Under the pieces are notes generated by a model. That model searched no databases, was not told the origin of the DNA, and saw only the letters and a list, made by a program, of their open reading frames with translations. Of a stretch of 57,227 nt of DNA, positions 53,134 to 57,227 are shown piece after piece; position 1 is the first letter of the stretch, and each line of letters opens with the position of its first letter. The position numbers were made by a program, and so were the translations under genes. Source of the DNA: Candidatus Nanoarchaeia archaeon (GTDB lineage: Archaea; Nanobdellota; Nanobdellia; Woesearchaeales; GW2011-AR9); the NCBI GenBank assembly GCA_035289385.1, contig DATDXI010000031.1, positions 1 through 57,227 of the forward strand, written 5' to 3'.

Positions 53134-55971
53134 TTACTCTAGCAATATCCCAACTTTACCCGGCCAAGCCTGTTTCGCTTTCGCTTCAGTAGAATCTTCT
53201 GCTGAAACTATCTTGATTTCGCAGCCAGCTTCTTTTGCTAGAAACTCCTTAGCTTCCTTCATCACGTTCAATTCATCTTCCGCTGATGTAACATGGCTCG
53301 GCAGCTTTGAGACATCCTTTACTATAGCCTGAACAATCTTGGTAACTTCTTTACCCTTCAGCTTCATCTGCTCTGCTTCCAAGACTTTTCTCATGATCTC
53401 TCCGATATCTCTGGTTATTTTTATTTCTGAGGACAATATCTTGAAGAGTTCATACAACCAGCTCTCTGCAATAAAAAGAGTGCAGGCCTTTACTTTCTCC
53501 ACCTTGGCCAGCTTTACGACTTGCCTGATGCCTTCAAGAGTAGACTTGACCAATTCTTCCCCAGCTTCAGCTGAATGATCTATCTTTTCCTGCACCACCT
53601 GCGGCCAGGCTTGAGTAGAAGCTAGTTCTCCATTACTTAGTTTTCCATCACTATTAAGCTCTTCACTCAGATGAGGAGTGATGGGATTCATGATTCTAGA
53701 CCAGATACTGATATATTCCTCAATAACCTGCCGGTTGCTTCCTCCCCTCCTAGAATACCAGCGAAAGTTATCATAGAAGGTAAAATAAGCGATAGAAGCA
53801 AGCTCGCGCAGATCATATTTTTCCATAACAGTATGGATTTTCTTCAGCTGCTGATGCGCCATGGAAATCAGCCAGCGGTCAATGACGGCTTCTTCTTTGT
53901 TAGCAATTTTCCTAAGATCTTGACATACTACAAAGATCCTTTCCAGAGCTTGCTTGTAGTTTAAGACAACATCTTCATCCCATTGCACATCAACATGAGG
54001 ACTGGCGATATGGGCATAGTACAACCTCATGGCGTCAACACCATACTTGGCTATCGCTTCAGGAATAGGCTCAGCGCCACCTTTACTTTTAGAGATCTTG
54101 CTTCCTTTACCGATGACCCACCAGTTGACAAAAATTCCTCGTGGCCACTTCTCTTCTGGAAGAATAGCTATGTGATTCATCAAAAAGACAGGGAAATGCA
54201 CCGTCTGATGCTCTTTTCCACCGAGATTCATATCTAATGGATAGAAGTAATCAAATTCTTCCTTGATCGGTTTCCATTCTTTCTTCCCTTCACCTTTTCC
54301 CAGAAAGACATAGTCAAAAAATTCTTCCGTAAGGTCCTGGCTGGAGATGGTACTATTGTTAACATATTTTGAAACGATATAGTATGCCGGATAAAGCGTA
54401 GAATCGCTGATCGGCTCAACAGTCCAGGTTTCATCAAAAGGGAACTTGCTTCCCAACCAGGTTCCTAATCTGGCACAAGCCCTATCCTGGAACCAATCTA
54501 AGACAGAGGGCAGATTATGATGATATTCTGTAGGAAATATCCTCATCTCTCTAGCCTGCTCTTTGCTGCGTTCGGTAAGCTCTTGGTCAGAATATTTGAT
54601 AAACCATTGGTCATCAACTCTCTTGATAACAACTTGCGAACCACAACGGCAGACAACTTCCTCACTAAGGTCATGAAAGAGGTCTGCTTGACCTTTTTCA
54701 ATAAGTTCTGCTTTCACTAATTCCTTTGCTTCTTCTACATTCTTGCCGCTATATTTCCCGCTGATCTCTAGCATAATGCCAGTATGATGCTCTGCGCGAT
54801 AAATTTCACGTTTCGCTTCTTCTAACTTTTCAACCTCTGTCTGGCTGGTGATGTTCATCTTCTTGCAGATCTCTTCTGCGGGATGAACACCCCAATCTTT
54901 TGTTTTTATTAAGGGGATAGGGTAAATGGCTTGCACCTCTTTCTGGTTAAGCCTATATCTTTTGCATTCAGCACTATTTTTTTTGATATCTTCCAAGGCA
55001 ATCCAATCATAAGGAGCGTGGCTAGGTACGCAAGTGACGATGCCAGAACCTATCTTTGGATCGACGAAAGATGCAGGCAGGATCATAATCTCTCGCTCAG
55101 CTCCTGGAGCGAGAGCCAATTGGCCGATCATCGCCTTGATATCAACATCACCTTTTAAGATAACATCATCTTTTTGATACTTTATCTTCTCTGCAGCTTC
55201 CTTGCTGAGTACCCATATTTCACCATCCACCTCTATCCGAACATATTCAGCATAAGGATTTATCCAGAGATTTGTCTGGCCATAGACCGTTTCAGGTCGT
55301 AGCGTAGCAGCAACGAGGTATTCTTTTCCAAGCTTAAATTTCAATAAGGTATACTCATTCTTTTCCGCATTTCCACCCTTGGAGATGTCTGTTTCCGATG
55401 GATCGACAGCTACCGGACCGTCTTTGATGCAAGCAGTAGCAAAGTAGGGTTTCTGTACTAAAAGATCTTTCTGCTTCAGTTTCCTGAACTGCCACTGGAT
55501 GAATTTTTCATAATCCGGAAATGTCGTGCAGGTAAATCTCTCCCAGTCTGCTAAGAAGCCAAATTTTTTCCAATATTGGTTCACGTAAACATCATTAAAA
55601 TACTCAATAACCTTGCTTGGCTCTATCAATTGCTTGATCTTTTCTGATGGGCAGCCATTTCTCTGCAGATATTCTAGCCACGTCTTATCCTTATTCTTGA
55701 CTTTATTGGCAAAAGCTATGGCCTGATTGCCTGAAGCGTGTGTGCCAACAGGAAACAATACTTCTTTGCCTTGCAGACGTTCAAAGCGGCAGATGGCATC
55801 AGTATAAGAAAAGCCGCGCATATGGCCAACGTGAAGAAAACCTGAAATACCGGGATAAGCAAAGATCATCATAAATTTCTCTTTTTCCTTCCTGACTGAA
55901 GCTCTGCCTATCTGAGCTGTTTCCCAGGCTTTCTGCCACTTCTCTTGGATGATATTCCAGTCTAATGCCAT
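53134..55971 (-). CDS. leuS: leucyl-tRNA synthetase, archaeal type
   Basis: 945 aa from MALDWNIIQEKW. HVGH (HIGH-type) and KISKSKG (KMSKS-type) motifs. The track's 52 extra N-terminal codons run into MITE copy 5. Confidence 0.95.
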   Translation of the reverse strand: MALDWNIIQEKWQKAWETAQIGRASVRKEKEKFMMIFAYPGISGFLHVGHMRGFSYTDAICRFERLQGKEVLFPVGTHASGNQAIAFANKVKNKDKTWLEYLQRNGCPSEKIKQLIEPSKVIEYFNDVYVNQYWKKFGFLADWERFTCTTFPDYEKFIQWQFRKLKQKDLLVQKPYFATACIKDGPVAVDPSETDISKGGNAEKNEYTLLKFKLGKEYLVAATLRPETVYGQTNLWINPYAEYVRIEVDGEIWVLSKEAAEKIKYQKDDVILKGDVDIKAMIGQLALAPGAEREIMILPASFVDPKIGSGIVTCVPSHAPYDWIALEDIKKNSAECKRYRLNQKEVQAIYPIPLIKTKDWGVHPAEEICKKMNITSQTEVEKLEEAKREIYRAEHHTGIMLEISGKYSGKNVEEAKELVKAELIEKGQADLFHDLSEEVVCRCGSQVVIKRVDDQWFIKYSDQELTERSKEQAREMRIFPTEYHHNLPSVLDWFQDRACARLGTWLGSKFPFDETWTVEPISDSTLYPAYYIVSKYVNNSTISSQDLTEEFFDYVFLGKGEGKKEWKPIKEEFDYFYPLDMNLGGKEHQTVHFPVFLMNHIAILPEEKWPRGIFVNWWVIGKGSKISKSKGGAEPIPEAIAKYGVDAMRLYYAHIASPHVDVQWDEDVVLNYKQALERIFVVCQDLRKIANKEEAVIDRWLISMAHQQLKKIHTVMEKYDLRELASIAYFTFYDNFRWYSRRGGSNRQVIEEYISIWSRIMNPITPHLSEELNSDGKLSNGELASTQAWPQVVQEKIDHSAEAGEELVKSTLEGIRQVVKLAKVEKVKACTLFIAESWLYELFKILSSEIKITRDIGEIMRKVLEAEQMKLKGKEVTKIVQAIVKDVSKLPSHVTSAEDELNVMKEAKEFLAKEAGCEIKIVSAEDSTEAKAKQAWPGKVGILLE

Positions 55972-56018
55972 ATATAAGATGGAAATAAGTTGATGGTTTT
56001 TAAAGATTGCGTGGGTGG

Positions 56019-56201
56019 GTACGTATTTACTTCCATACCAAAAATAGTGGCAGGTCGTAAAATCCAGCGTGGCTGTATGTCGAACAGTAGTACATCTCTT
56101 TGTTTTGAGCAGAAAGCCACGCAACAAATCTTCTCTTACGAGGCTCTAAATGGATTTTACCTCTTGACCAAGCCACTATTTTAATAGAACTAAATATGTA
56201 C
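56019..56201 (+). mobile_element. MITE-like element, copy 5 (183 bp)
   Basis: Termini GTACGTATTTAC / CTAAATATGTAC. Perfect 8-bp duplication GTGGGTGG at 56011-56018 and 56202-56209. Confidence 0.95.
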
Positions 56202-56238
56202 GTGGGTGGTCGCTCTATTTCTTTATAACTTCTACATT

Positions 56239-56553
56239 TCAGCCTGTTCTTAATGCCTCAAAAACAGCATAGGCTCTAGCTAAAGGGGTGTATTGTGGAT
56301 TGTCATAATCTATGCCAAAGAAGCTGCAAGCCCTTCTGCTGTAACAAATGTCTGTTAAGCACTTCATTACTGCTCCTTGCTGTTGCTGGTTAAGTGCAGG
56401 TATCTGCCGCTCAACGTATGCTTCCAGCAGTTCCGGTTCCTTACCTCCAACGGCAGCATACAGCGGCTCTACATCAACGATATCAGAGGACATACCTAAC
56501 CTTACCAACAGCTTTTTTAAAAAGCTTTGTGAAAAATATAGAGAATATGCCAA
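56239..56553 (-). CDS. hypothetical protein (104 aa)
   Basis: ORF only. Confidence 0.45.
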   Translation of the reverse strand: MAYSLYFSQSFLKKLLVRLGMSSDIVDVEPLYAAVGGKEPELLEAYVERQIPALNQQQQGAVMKCLTDICYSRRACSFFGIDYDNPQYTPLARAYAVFEALRTG

Positions 56554-56568
56554 ATGGGTGATTCCAAG

Positions 56569-56605
<37 letters not shown>

Positions 56606-56634
56606 TTTCTAAAACTATTTTAGGTCTTCAATTT

Positions 56635-56937
56635 TTACCTGCTTCCATATTGCTGAAGAGCGGTAACTACCTGATCTCCAACAGCGACAGGCGTGTCATG
56701 CTCTAAATCAATACCCTGGCGCATTTGAGCTTGATCATATCTGAAAAGCTTAGCCGTGGATGGTCTTGTTGGATCTTCAAAAGTAAGAATTTCCATTCCA
56801 TTGTTTACTGTCCACCGATACATAAATGGCCTTGGCCCTATAATTAAATGATCCCTACTTGTTGGTTCTCTTTCACTATGAGCAAAATTTGCTCCATCAC
56901 TTGCTAACACTTCTAGATTTATACTAGCTTGATTCAT
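56635..56937 (-). CDS. hypothetical protein (100 aa)
   Basis: ORF only. Confidence 0.45.
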   Translation of the reverse strand: MNQASINLEVLASDGANFAHSEREPTSRDHLIIGPRPFMYRWTVNNGMEILTFEDPTRPSTAKLFRYDQAQMRQGIDLEHDTPVAVGDQVVTALQQYGSR

Positions 56938-57042
56938 TTCAATTCACCTTATTTTTGGCAAAACCAGCTATTCTTAATAAATCTTATGAGTAATAACAAC
57001 CCACAGCAGTAACTGGATATATGACGGGAGCATTTCGGCTTT

Positions 57043-57227
57043 TTACCTATACGGATTTGGCTTAAAAAAAGGACGGTCCATAGGTATAATTCTTCTCTGC
57101 AGCAGCGGCAAATATTCTGTCAATTCTAGCCCCCGTGACAAAAATTCCTGATACCGTTCACGATAGCTCCGCCGTTCGCTGATGAGTTCATCAAGTTCAT
57201 TATGCTGCCGTTGGCGAAAACGGACAT
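57043..57227 (-). CDS. 3' end of a hypothetical CDS whose 5' part lies beyond the window
   Basis: The minus-strand frame is open from the window edge to TAA at 57043-57045 (...ELDELISERRSYRERYQEFLSRGLELTEYLPLLQRRIIPMDRPFFKPNPYR*). Confidence 0.4.
   Translation of the reverse strand, partial: VRFRQRQHNELDELISERRSYRERYQEFLSRGLELTEYLPLLQRRIIPMDRPFFKPNPYR

Noticed and set aside
55972-56127. The track's 997-aa leuS ORF has a 52-codon N-terminal extension (MLRGFLLKTKRCTT...).
   Set aside because: The extension is translated from MITE copy 5 and its flank. A TATA-like CTTTAAAAAC box lies between the MITE and the ATG at 55971. LeuRS homology starts at MALDWNIIQEKW.

Overview
This 57.2 kb AT-rich segment reads as an archaeal chromosome, plausibly from a small-genome DPANN-type lineage. 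That assignment is inferred from gene content: ATP-dependent DNA ligase, archaeal-type LeuRS, Dph2, PAC2, TrmB/Lrp regulators and a DHH/RecJ-like protein. BRE/TATA-like boxes also sit 25-35 nt upstream of many ATGs, which implies mostly leaderless genes. About 65 protein genes lie on both strands. I recognised no rRNA, tRNA or CRISPR array. All family calls rest on motifs read from the translations and on memory of the families; no searches were run. Recognisable content includes: (1) lig, a type II glutamine synthetase next to an Lrp regulator, and a signal peptidase; (2) a PIG-L/GT4 pair; (3) an extracytoplasmic disulfide-formation cluster (DsbA-like, VKOR, thioredoxin lipoprotein); (4) a TPP enzyme, an aldehyde dehydrogenase and a CPA2 antiporter; (5) mazEF; (6) oxidative-stress genes (SOD, 2-Cys Prx, Bcp, MsrA); (7) PepF, DAHP synthase, a tyrosine recombinase and leuS. 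The main non-genic findings are: (a) Five copies of a MITE-like element, each with its own 8-bp target-site duplication. An internal hairpin keeps pairing through compensatory changes, and two insertions rewrote gene 3' ends. (b) A dph2 gene split into two intact ORFs by a 2.1 kb insert carrying a dinD-like gene and a lipoprotein gene. (c) A 70-bp direct repeat that duplicates the 5' end of the antiporter gene and brackets a mazEF-MITE-phosphoribosyltransferase cassette. (d) A large secreted acidic protein with 8-9 two-cysteine repeats. (e) A peroxiredoxin with a GCC-repeat N-terminal extension. (f) A recombinase locus with iteron-like repeats and att-like direct repeats, next to a run of ORFans.
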